A stretch of DNA of 64,000 nucleotides from a bacterium (GTDB lineage: Bacteria; Oederibacteriota; CAKKQC01). Numbering within the stretch: position 1 is the first letter of the stretch; each line of letters starts with the position of its first letter. Made by a program: the position numbers and the translations under genes. The notes beneath the pieces are model-generated. The model was not told where the DNA came from and searched no databases. It was given only the letters and a program-made list of their open reading frames with translations. This document shows positions 28,953-37,272 of the stretch, piece by piece. Location: NCBI GenBank assembly GCA_919901855.1, contig CAKKQC010000010.1, positions 43,214-107,213 of the forward strand, written 5' to 3'.

Positions 28953-30584
28953 GTGAACACGACGATGCGACCCGAAGACGGACTGTACCTGCTGGACGCC
29001 GACCTCTCGGCCGTTCCCGCGCTCGCCACCGACACCCTCGTGATCGGGAGCGGGGTCGCGGGGCTCTCGGCGGCCCTGGCCGCGTCCCGGCACGGCGGCG
29101 TCATCGTGGCCTCGAAGGCCGAGGCGTCCGAGAGCAACACCCTCTACGCCCAGGGCGGGGTGGCGGTGGCCCTGGGTGCCGGGGACTCGCCCGCGGCGCA
29201 CGCGGTCGACACGCTCGAGGTCGCGTGCGGACTGGCGGACCCCGCGGCGGTGGCCAAGCTCGTGGGCGAGGGGCCCGAGCGGGTCCGGGACCTGATCGGG
29301 CTGGGCGCCTCGTTCGACCGGGAGGGCGGCGAGCTGGCCTTCGGGCGGGAGGGCGGCCACGGCCTCGCCCGCGTCATCCACGCGGCGGGCGACGCGACCG
29401 GGCGCGAGATCGAGCTGGCGCTCCTGCGGGCGGTCAGGGCGGACGAGCGCATCACGATCCTGGAGCGCATGTGCGCGACGGACCTGCTGCACGCGGAGGG
29501 AGCCGTCTTCGGCGCCCTGTTCACGTCCCGGGAACCCGCGGGACTCCTGCAGGTCAGGGCCCGGGCCGTCATCCTGGCCACCGGTGGTGCCGGCCAGCTC
29601 TACCGCGAGACGACCAACCCGGACGTCGCGACCGGGGACGGCGTGGCGCTGGGCTGGCGGGCGGGCGCCGAGGTGGCCGATGTCGAGTTCGTCCAGTTCC
29701 ATCCCACGACGCTCTACCTCGCCGGGGCGCGCCGGTTCCTGATCTCGGAGGCCATGCGCGGCGAGGGCGGGGTCCTCCTGAACGGCGCCGGCGAGCGGTT
29801 CATGCCCCGGTACGATTCCCGGGGCGAGCTCGCCCCCCGGGACGTCGTGTCGCGGGCGATCGTGAGCGAGCTGGCCCGCACGGGCGCGCCCAGCGTGTGG
29901 CTGGACATGAGCGGGATCCCGGCCGCGCGGCTCGAGCGCCGGTTCCCCCAGATCCTGTCCGTCTGCGCCGAGTACGGGCTCGACGTGCGGCGCCAGCGCA
30001 TTCCCGTCCGGCCGAGCGCCCACTACTTCATGGGCGGCGTCCGGACGGATCTGGGCGCCCGGACGTCCGTCCAGGGCCTGTTCGCGTGCGGCGAGGCGGC
30101 GGCGTCGGGTGTGCACGGGGCGAACCGGCTCGCCTCCAACTCGCTCCTCGAGGGCCTCGTCTTCGGCCACGCCGCGGGGCACGGCGCGGGCGCCCTCGTG
30201 GAGGCGCGCCGCGGCCGGATGCCCCCCATGCGGCGGCTCGTTCACGCGCCGTCGCGCAAGACGATTCCCCTCGATGTCGAGGACGTGATCCGCAGCCTCA
30301 AGAGTCTCATGTGGCGGGCGGCGGGGGTCGTGCGCCGCAGGGAGGACCTCGAGGCGGCCCTCGAACAGCTCCTGTTCTGGGAGCAATACGTCTACCAGGG
30401 CGAGTTCCGCACCGCCCGGGGCCTCGAGCTTCAGAACATGCTCCTGGTGGCCGAGCTCATCATCCGCGCCGCGCTAGCCCGCCGCGAGAGCCGCGGCGCC
30501 CATTTCCGGACGGACTTTCCCGCCCGGGACGACGCCGCGTTCGGCCGCCGGCTGGTCTTTTCCCGTACCACGCCGCTCCCCTGA
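28953..30584 (+). CDS. nadB: L-aspartate oxidase
   Basis: FAD-binding N-terminus DTLVIGSGVAGLSAAL; RxHY/HFRTD active-site blocks; ~540 aa. Confidence 0.9.
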   Translation: MNTTMRPEDGLYLLDADLSAVPALATDTLVIGSGVAGLSAALAASRHGGVIVASKAEASESNTLYAQGGVAVALGAGDSPAAHAVDTLEVACGLADPAAVAKLVGEGPERVRDLIGLGASFDREGGELAFGREGGHGLARVIHAAGDATGREIELALLRAVRADERITILERMCATDLLHAEGAVFGALFTSREPAGLLQVRARAVILATGGAGQLYRETTNPDVATGDGVALGWRAGAEVADVEFVQFHPTTLYLAGARRFLISEAMRGEGGVLLNGAGERFMPRYDSRGELAPRDVVSRAIVSELARTGAPSVWLDMSGIPAARLERRFPQILSVCAEYGLDVRRQRIPVRPSAHYFMGGVRTDLGARTSVQGLFACGEAAASGVHGANRLASNSLLEGLVFGHAAGHGAGALVEARRGRMPPMRRLVHAPSRKTIPLDVEDVIRSLKSLMWRAAGVVRRREDLEAALEQLLFWEQYVYQGEFRTARGLELQNMLLVAELIIRAALARRESRGAHFRTDFPARDDAAFGRRLVFSRTTPLP

Positions 30585-30613
30585 GAGGGTAGAATAGAGG
30601 GCGGGGAGACTGC

Positions 30614-31702
30614 ATGGCCATATTGCGCGAAGCAACCAAGGAAGTTATCTGCAAGATCGTCTACCACGGCGCCGGCCGGAGCGGGAAGACGACCAGCCTG
30701 CTGCATATGAACCACCGGCTCGCGCCGGGCCAGCGGGGCCAGTTCATCACCCTGGAGACTCCGACCGAGCGCACGCTCTTCTTCGACCTCCTTCCGGTCA
30801 AGGTGCTGGCGGGCGGGTACTCGTTCCGCTACCTCGTCTTCGCGACGCCGGGGCAGGAGTACTACCACGCGAGCCGGCGGTTGGTCCTCAAGGGCGCGGA
30901 TGCCATCGTGTTCGTCGTGGATTCCCAGCGCGAGCGTGCGCAGGACAACTGGGAATCGTGGGAGCTCCTGGAAAAGAACCTCAAGGAGCTCGGCCAGCGC
31001 GCCGACGCCCTTCCGCTCGTCATCCAGTACAACAAGCGGGACCTGCCGAACGCGATGCCGCTGGAGGAGGCCGAGCGCCGCTACAACGTCCGCCGGTCGT
31101 TCTCGTTCCCCGCGATCGCGCGGACCGGCCAGGGCGTGTACGAGACCTTCCTCACGGCGGCCAAGCTCGCGCTCACGCGCCTCTCCCTGCCCGGGGCCGA
31201 AAACGCGATGGGGGAGCTGTTCCACTCGCTCGTGATCACGGAGGACGACGGCGACCGGCTGACGAAACAGCTCGCGAAGCTGAACATCGAGAGTGGGGCG
31301 ACCACCTCGTTCCTCGTGGAGGAGAGCAGCGGCATCATCGCCTCCGCGGGCACCTTGCCCGCCGGGGACCAGGAGGCGCTGGGGGCCATCCTGGCCTGCA
31401 ACTTCATGGCCGCGCAGGAGCTGGCCGGGAACCTCGCGGGCGCGAGCTTCGCGGGCACCGTCCAGCGGGGCCGCCAGTGGATCCTCCGTTCCATGCGCGT
31501 GGACCAGCGCAGGTTCGTGGTGACGGCCTGCGGGCGCGGCGCCGCGTCGCGGAAGGTACGGGACGCCATGCTCTACGCGCGCGGAGCGCTGGGGGCGCAA
31601 CTCAAGATGGTGGACCAGATGTCGCCGAACCGCCTCAGGCAGGCGCACGAGGTCTTCAGCTCGGTGACCGCGATCGCGGTCCACGAACTGGGAAAGGCGT
31701 AA
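30614..31702 (+). CDS. mglA: MglA-like Ras-superfamily GTPase fused to a C-terminal roadblock/LC7-like domain
   Basis: G1 GAGRSGKTT, switch II ATPGQE, G4 NKRD, and near-colinear similarity to MglA from memory over residues 1-195; residues ~200-362 show the same pattern as the downstream roadblock protein. Confidence 0.75.
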   Translation: MAILREATKEVICKIVYHGAGRSGKTTSLLHMNHRLAPGQRGQFITLETPTERTLFFDLLPVKVLAGGYSFRYLVFATPGQEYYHASRRLVLKGADAIVFVVDSQRERAQDNWESWELLEKNLKELGQRADALPLVIQYNKRDLPNAMPLEEAERRYNVRRSFSFPAIARTGQGVYETFLTAAKLALTRLSLPGAENAMGELFHSLVITEDDGDRLTKQLAKLNIESGATTSFLVEESSGIIASAGTLPAGDQEALGAILACNFMAAQELAGNLAGASFAGTVQRGRQWILRSMRVDQRRFVVTACGRGAASRKVRDAMLYARGALGAQLKMVDQMSPNRLRQAHEVFSSVTAIAVHELGKA

Positions 31703-31703
31703 C

Positions 31704-32381
31704 GTGGCCATCGGCGACGCCAACGTCGGGTTCACGCTGACGCCGCAGGGGCGGATGCGGCTCATCCGCCTCCTGGACACCTTCGCCGAGCAGCTCCCGC
31801 AGGCTTCGGCGTTCCTGACCGACCTCGCCGGACGGATCGTCGAGATCGCGCGGAAGCCGGTCGGCGTCAAGCTCGAGGAGATCTCGGCCCTGGCGGCCGG
31901 CTGCTACGCCTCGACGCACCAGCTCGCCGGCGCGTTTCAGGAGAAGAACTTCGCGCTGGCGTTCCAGCACGAGGACGACCGTCAGGTCCTCGTGTGGCCG
32001 GTGGGGGAGCGGGCCCTGCTCGTCGTCCTCCTGCGGGGGGTGTCCGCGCTCGAGGACCTCGAGGAGAAGATGGAGGGTCCGCTCGGGGCCGACCTCGCCG
32101 CCGTGGTGCAGGAGGCGCGGGAGCCGCTCCAGTCGGTCCCGCCGCCCCGGATCGAGCCCGCCGAGGTGCCTCCCGAGGTGCGCGCGCTGGAGCGCGCGCT
32201 CACGGAGCTGATCATGGACCTCCAGGCGAAGCATCCCACCGGGTTCACGCCGGAGGTTTCTTCCAGGCTCCTGCACGCCCGCGAGGACCTCGCCCGCGCC
32301 ATTGCCGGGGGCGACTGGCCGCGGGCCGGCGAGCTCTGCGCCTCCACGCGCGCATGGCTCGGCCAGGTGTTCCCGGGCTGA
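31704..32381 (+). CDS. mglB: MglB-like roadblock/LC7 domain protein
   Basis: GTG 1 nt after upstream stop; roadblock pattern (AFLTDLAGRIVEIA...ISALAAGCYASTHQLAGAF...QVLVWPVGERALLVVLL) with C-terminal extension. Confidence 0.65.
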   Translation: MAIGDANVGFTLTPQGRMRLIRLLDTFAEQLPQASAFLTDLAGRIVEIARKPVGVKLEEISALAAGCYASTHQLAGAFQEKNFALAFQHEDDRQVLVWPVGERALLVVLLRGVSALEDLEEKMEGPLGADLAAVVQEAREPLQSVPPPRIEPAEVPPEVRALERALTELIMDLQAKHPTGFTPEVSSRLLHAREDLARAIAGGDWPRAGELCASTRAWLGQVFPG

Positions 32382-32403
32382 GGCCCCCGGTGGGCAGGGC
32401 AAA

Positions 32404-33024
32404 GTGAACTACCGGTCCCTCGTCTACCGCGGCATCGCCATCGCGCTCGTGATCTTCTTCGTCGGCGTGATGTTGGGCCTCGCCCGGATGACGTGGAACG
32501 GGGAGCCCCCCAGGGCGATCCTCCGGTTTCTCGCCGGGTTTGCCCCCCTCTCGGTCATCAGCGGCATCCTGATCTCCTGGGCGTGGGAGAGCGCCACGGC
32601 TTCGTCCCACGGCTTCTACGCCGGCGGCGCCGGGGTGCCGGGGCCGATTCTCGACCTGTCCCGCATCCGGTCGCACCTCAAGCGCGAGGAATGGGACCTG
32701 GCGCGCTCCGCGCTCGACCGGCAGTGGGCGCAGTACCCGGGCAACGGCGACCTCCTGCGGGAGTACGAGCGCTACTTCGTCGACGCGCTGGGCGCCCCGA
32801 GCGGCGCAGTCAAGTTCTTAGAGGAGCAGGTGCCGGTCCTCAAGGGGGACGACCGCGCCTACGCCTTCATGCGGCTGGCCGAGCTCCACGCCGACGTCCT
32901 GCACGAGCCGGAACCGGCCAGGCACTGGTGCCATCGCCTCCTGACCGAGTTCCCGTCCTCCCCGCTCGCGGAACAGACGCGGGCCCTCCTGGACAGCCTG
33001 CCGCCCGAGCGACGCCCCGCGTGA
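32404..33024 (+). CDS. Membrane protein with C-terminal TPR-like region, unknown function
   Basis: Two N-terminal TM helices; helical C-terminus; start uncertain (GTG 32404). Confidence 0.4.
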   Translation: MNYRSLVYRGIAIALVIFFVGVMLGLARMTWNGEPPRAILRFLAGFAPLSVISGILISWAWESATASSHGFYAGGAGVPGPILDLSRIRSHLKREEWDLARSALDRQWAQYPGNGDLLREYERYFVDALGAPSGAVKFLEEQVPVLKGDDRAYAFMRLAELHADVLHEPEPARHWCHRLLTEFPSSPLAEQTRALLDSLPPERRPA

Positions 33025-33746
33025 CGGCCGCGCGGCCCCGGTTCTCGGTCCTGATCCCGGCCCGCAACGAGGAGGCCCTTCTGCCCGCCTGCCTCGAGTC
33101 CGTTCGGGCGGCCTCCCGGGGATTCGAGGGGGCGGTCGAGGTCGTCGTCGCCGTCAACCGGTCGACCGACCGGACCAAGGAGATCGCGCGCGCCTTCGGG
33201 GCCGTCATCGTGCGCGACGAGAGCAGGTGCATGGCGAAGATCAGGAACGCGGCCGCCCGGGCGTCCACGGGCGAGATCCTCATGACGATTGACGCCGACA
33301 GCCGGATGAGTCCGGGGATGATCGCGGCCGTGGACGCGCGAATCCGGTCGGGCCGGTACGTCGGGGGAGGGGTCCTGATCCGGCCGGAGCGGATGTCCCT
33401 GGGGATCGCGGCCAGCGGGCTAGTCCTCTTCATGTACACGTTCTGGAGGCGCATCTACGCCGGGCTGTTCTGGTGTCGGCGCGAGGACTTCGAGGCGGTG
33501 GGCGGGTTCGACGAGTCCCTGACGAGCGCCGAGGACATCGACTTCGCGAAGCGGCTGGGGAGGTTCGGCCGGCGCACTGGCAGGAGATTCGGCATGATCT
33601 GGCGGGCGCACATCACGACGTCGTGCCGCAAGTTCGACCGGTTCGGCGACTGGCACCTGTTCACGCAACTGCCCGCCGCGATCCGTCTCCTCGGGGGCCG
33701 TTCCGCCCGCGACGCCGACCCGTACTATTACGACGTGCCGCGATAA
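33021..33746 (+). CDS. Glycosyltransferase family 2
   Basis: GTGA overlap; RFSVLIPARNEE...IDADSR...EDIDF motif order (DxD-like and ED acceptor motifs). Confidence 0.7.
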   Translation: MTAARPRFSVLIPARNEEALLPACLESVRAASRGFEGAVEVVVAVNRSTDRTKEIARAFGAVIVRDESRCMAKIRNAAARASTGEILMTIDADSRMSPGMIAAVDARIRSGRYVGGGVLIRPERMSLGIAASGLVLFMYTFWRRIYAGLFWCRREDFEAVGGFDESLTSAEDIDFAKRLGRFGRRTGRRFGMIWRAHITTSCRKFDRFGDWHLFTQLPAAIRLLGGRSARDADPYYYDVPR

Positions 33747-33790
33747 CACGACGGCGGGGCTCCGGGGTGGGAGTCTGGTCTAATAGGAGC

Positions 33791-34951
33791 ATGGCCAGAC
33801 GACGAATCCGGAAGCGGTCACCGCGGGCGCGCGGCCCCGCGCGCTCGTGGGTCGTGGCCGTGCTCGTGGTGGGGGCATTGGCGGTCGCGCTTTATGTCCT
33901 GACCCGTGGGCCGGGCGTTCAACCCGTCGCCAGCCCGGAAGTCCGGCTCGAGCGGACCGCGGACCATCCGGCGCGGGCCGCAGCGGCCCGGCCGCGATCG
34001 AAGACCTCCCTCGCCCCGTCGCTGGTGGCGGCCCCGGGGGAGGGCGGCCCGCTCGCCCTCTCCCCGGCGCCCACGTTCGGCGCCTCGGGCCCCGCGTTCC
34101 GGGTCGTGTGGCGCCGGGTCGCGGACCTGCCCGAGTCGCGGGCCAGGTTCGGCGCCGCCGTGGCCGGCGGGCGCATCTGGGTCGTCGGGGGCGAGTCGCG
34201 GAACGGCGTCCTCGCGTCCGCCGTCACGTACGACCCGGCCGCCGACCGCTGGACCCCGGCGGGGACCATGCGCGCGGCGAGAAGCAACCACGGTCTCGTG
34301 GCGGTGGACGGCCGCATCTGGGCGATCGGCGGGTTCAACGGCGAGGCGCTGCTCGGCGGCGTCGAGGTCCTTGACCCTTCGACGGGATCGTGGACGACCG
34401 TCGAGGGGGCCGGCGGGTCTATGCCCACGCCGCGCAGCGGGTTCGCGTGCGCGGCGGTGGGCGGCCGGATCTGGACGTTCGGCGGCGACCACCCCGTCAT
34501 CGAGGTCTTCGACACCGCGACGCGCCGGTGGGAGTCCAGGGGGAATATGCCCTCGCCGTTGTCCGCCGCGTCGGCGGTTGTCTCGCGGGACCTGGTCTAC
34601 CTCATCGGGGGCTTCGGGGGCGCGGCGGCCAGCCCCGCGATCCGCGTTTACGACACGCGCGCCGGCCGGTGGCTGTCCGACGCGGCGCCCATGCAGCAGG
34701 CCCGGGCCGGTCTCGCCGTCGTCGACGACGCGGGCGGGGCCGTCTTCTCGATCGGGGGCACGTTCCGGTCCCCGCTGTCCCTCGTCGAAGTCTGCCGGGC
34801 GCCGGGGGAGCCGTGGTGGGGCATGGACGACCTCCCCGCGCCGAGAGCGAACCTGCGGGCGGTCATCGCCCGCGGCAAGCTCTACGCCATCGGGGGCATG
34901 GACCGCGCGGCCGAGGTCTCCGTCTTCGAGGGAACGGTGACGCCGCCCTAG
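33791..34951 (+). CDS. Kelch-repeat beta-propeller protein with N-terminal membrane anchor
   Basis: RBS AGGAG before ATG; TM helix WVVAVLVVGALAVALYVL; repeated GGRIW..GG...P.ARS Kelch-like blades. Confidence 0.65.
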   Translation: MARRRIRKRSPRARGPARSWVVAVLVVGALAVALYVLTRGPGVQPVASPEVRLERTADHPARAAAARPRSKTSLAPSLVAAPGEGGPLALSPAPTFGASGPAFRVVWRRVADLPESRARFGAAVAGGRIWVVGGESRNGVLASAVTYDPAADRWTPAGTMRAARSNHGLVAVDGRIWAIGGFNGEALLGGVEVLDPSTGSWTTVEGAGGSMPTPRSGFACAAVGGRIWTFGGDHPVIEVFDTATRRWESRGNMPSPLSAASAVVSRDLVYLIGGFGGAAASPAIRVYDTRAGRWLSDAAPMQQARAGLAVVDDAGGAVFSIGGTFRSPLSLVEVCRAPGEPWWGMDDLPAPRANLRAVIARGKLYAIGGMDRAAEVSVFEGTVTPP

Positions 34952-35018
34952 CCCCTGAGGAGGGACCCGCTCGTGGTGCCCGTCGCGAGGCCGAGGACGC
35001 ACCAGAACTGGTGTAGGA

Positions 35019-37262
35019 TTGGGTGTGGCCACAGTCCGTGCCTTCGGTCGCGGCACCGCCCGTCGGGCCGCGTTCGTTTTCTTCCTCTGTTCCGGCTTCT
35101 GCTCCCTCGTCTACGAGGTCGTCTGGCTGAGACTGGCGTACGCGGCTTTCGGTGTCAACACGGAGGTCATGTCCGTGGTGATCTCCGTCTTCATGGGCGG
35201 GCTCGCGCTCGGGTCCTGGTGGGGGGGGCGGTGGATTGGATCGCTGGCCCGGGGCAGGTCGGCGCTGTGGTTCTACGCCGCCGCCGAGGTCGTGATCGGC
35301 GCGGGGGCCTTCGTCGTGCCTCTGGCGTTCGACGCCTCCCGGCGCCTCCTGCTGGCCCACGGCCCGGCTGACGCGCCCGCCTACCTTGCCAGCTCGGCCT
35401 TCCTGCTGGCCCTGAGCCTCCTGCCGTGGTGCCTGGCGATGGGCGCCACGTTCCCGTTCGCGATGGCGTTTCTGCGGCAGGCGGGGGCGGGCGATGAGGG
35501 GAGCTTCAGCTACCTCTATCTGGCCAACGTGATCGGCGCGATGACCGGCACGCTGGCGGCTGCGCTCTTCCTCGTCGAACTGGCTGGATTCCGCGGGACG
35601 CTTCATATGGCGGCGGGGCTCAACGTCGCCGTCGCCGCATCGGCCGCCTGGCTTGCGACCCGGAGCGTCCGGGGCCGGGCCCCGGAGACTGCCCGCCACG
35701 CCAGCTCGCCGGCTTTGGCCGGGACGCGCATCTACCCGGTCGTGCTCTTCGTGACCGGATTCACGTCGATGGGGATGGAGGTTGCCTGGATCCGGAGCTT
35801 CACCATCATTCTCGGGAACCAGATCTACTCGTTCGCCTGGCTCCTGGCCGTCTACCTGTTCGCCACCTGGCTCGGGTCCGCGGCGTACCGCCGCGACCGC
35901 GCAGGGGGGCGCCGTCCGCAGTCGCCCGGTCGTCTGGCGGGGTGGGCCGCCGTCTTCGCGCTCTGGCCCGTCCTCCTCGGCGATCCCCGCCTCGGTCCGG
36001 AACGCCTCCAGGTGCTGATCAGCCTCATGCCCTTCTGCTTCGTCCTCGGGTACCTGACGCCGCGCCTAGTGGATATGCGGTCCGCAGGCCGTCCGGCGGA
36101 GGCGGGCCGCGCCTACGCATGGAACATTCTGGGATGCATCCTCGGCCCGGTGGCCGCCTCCTACGGGCTCCTGCCGCGCTGGGGCGCCCAGGCGACGCTG
36201 GCCATCCTCGCCGTGCCGTACCTCGTGCTGGCCCCCGTGCTGACGGGCTGGAAGGCATGGCGGCTCCTCGACGGCGCCCTCGCCGGCGCGGCGGCCGCAT
36301 GCTTCGTCGGCGCGACCGGCTTCTCCCTCAGCTTCGACGGCGCCGTGGGCTCGGACCATCCGCCCGTGCGCCTCCTCCGGGACGCCACGGCCACGGTGGT
36401 GGCCTGCGGGCAGGGCACGGACAAGGACCTCTACACCAACGGCCTCGGGTTGACGCGGATGACGCCCGTCACCAAGATCATGGCGCACCTGCCCATGGTC
36501 TGCCTGACCCGCCCGCCGGAGGCGGTCGCGGTCATCTGCCTGGGCATGGGCACGACCTTCCGGTCCATGGCGAGGTGGGGCGTGGACACGACCGCCGTGG
36601 AGCTCGTGCCGAGCGTTAAGGAGGTCTTCGGCTTCTTCCACCCGGACGGCCCGGCGCTCGAACGCGACCCGCGGTTCCGGGTGATCATCGACGACGGCCG
36701 GCGGTTCCTGATGCGCACGGGCCGGCGGTTCGACGTGATCACCGTGGACCCGCCGCCGCCGGTCGAAGCGGCGGTGTCGAGTCTGCTCTATTCGACCGAG
36801 TTCTACGTGCTGGCCAGGTCCCGGCTCAAGCCCGGCGGAATCCTCCAGCAGTGGTATCCCGAGGGCGAGATCGCGGGCGGTCAGGCGACCCTGCGGGCCC
36901 TCCGTGGCGTTTTCCCCCATGTGCGCGCCTTCCGCTCCTGGCTCGGGAAGGGTGTGCATTTCCTGGCGTCCGAGCATGAAATCGTCCTGCCCGGCGAGGC
37001 CGTGATCCGCGACCGCATGCCGCCCGCGGCCCGGGCGGACCTCGTCGAGTGGGGGCGTCCGGCCAGCCTGCGCGAGTTCGCCCGGGGCATGCCGGGGCTG
37101 GAAGTCGAGGTCGCGGGCCTGCTGGACCCCGACTCCGCGTTCGAGCTGACCGACGACCGCCCGCGCAACGAGTACTACCTGGTCCGGAGATTGCGGCGGT
37201 GGATCTCGCGCACGCCCCCGGGCCCGGTCGAGCTCCGCTGGCCGTGGTCGCCGGCTCCCTGA
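35019..37262 (+). CDS. Spermidine synthase-like protein with fused N-terminal polytopic membrane domain
   Basis: N-terminus FFLCSGFCSLVYEVVWLRL typical of membrane-fused spermidine-synthase-like proteins; C-terminal DVITVDPPPP...GGIL methyltransferase-fold block; TTG/GTG start. Confidence 0.65.
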   Translation: MGVATVRAFGRGTARRAAFVFFLCSGFCSLVYEVVWLRLAYAAFGVNTEVMSVVISVFMGGLALGSWWGGRWIGSLARGRSALWFYAAAEVVIGAGAFVVPLAFDASRRLLLAHGPADAPAYLASSAFLLALSLLPWCLAMGATFPFAMAFLRQAGAGDEGSFSYLYLANVIGAMTGTLAAALFLVELAGFRGTLHMAAGLNVAVAASAAWLATRSVRGRAPETARHASSPALAGTRIYPVVLFVTGFTSMGMEVAWIRSFTIILGNQIYSFAWLLAVYLFATWLGSAAYRRDRAGGRRPQSPGRLAGWAAVFALWPVLLGDPRLGPERLQVLISLMPFCFVLGYLTPRLVDMRSAGRPAEAGRAYAWNILGCILGPVAASYGLLPRWGAQATLAILAVPYLVLAPVLTGWKAWRLLDGALAGAAAACFVGATGFSLSFDGAVGSDHPPVRLLRDATATVVACGQGTDKDLYTNGLGLTRMTPVTKIMAHLPMVCLTRPPEAVAVICLGMGTTFRSMARWGVDTTAVELVPSVKEVFGFFHPDGPALERDPRFRVIIDDGRRFLMRTGRRFDVITVDPPPPVEAAVSSLLYSTEFYVLARSRLKPGGILQQWYPEGEIAGGQATLRALRGVFPHVRAFRSWLGKGVHFLASEHEIVLPGEAVIRDRMPPAARADLVEWGRPASLREFARGMPGLEVEVAGLLDPDSAFELTDDRPRNEYYLVRRLRRWISRTPPGPVELRWPWSPAP

Positions 37263-37272
37263 TCGACCGGCC

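Noticed and set aside
28190-30592. 800-aa plus-strand ORF in a different frame across the MscS and nadB regions
   Set aside because: Out-of-frame with the clear NadB FAD-binding signature; Arg/Pro-rich low-complexity translation.
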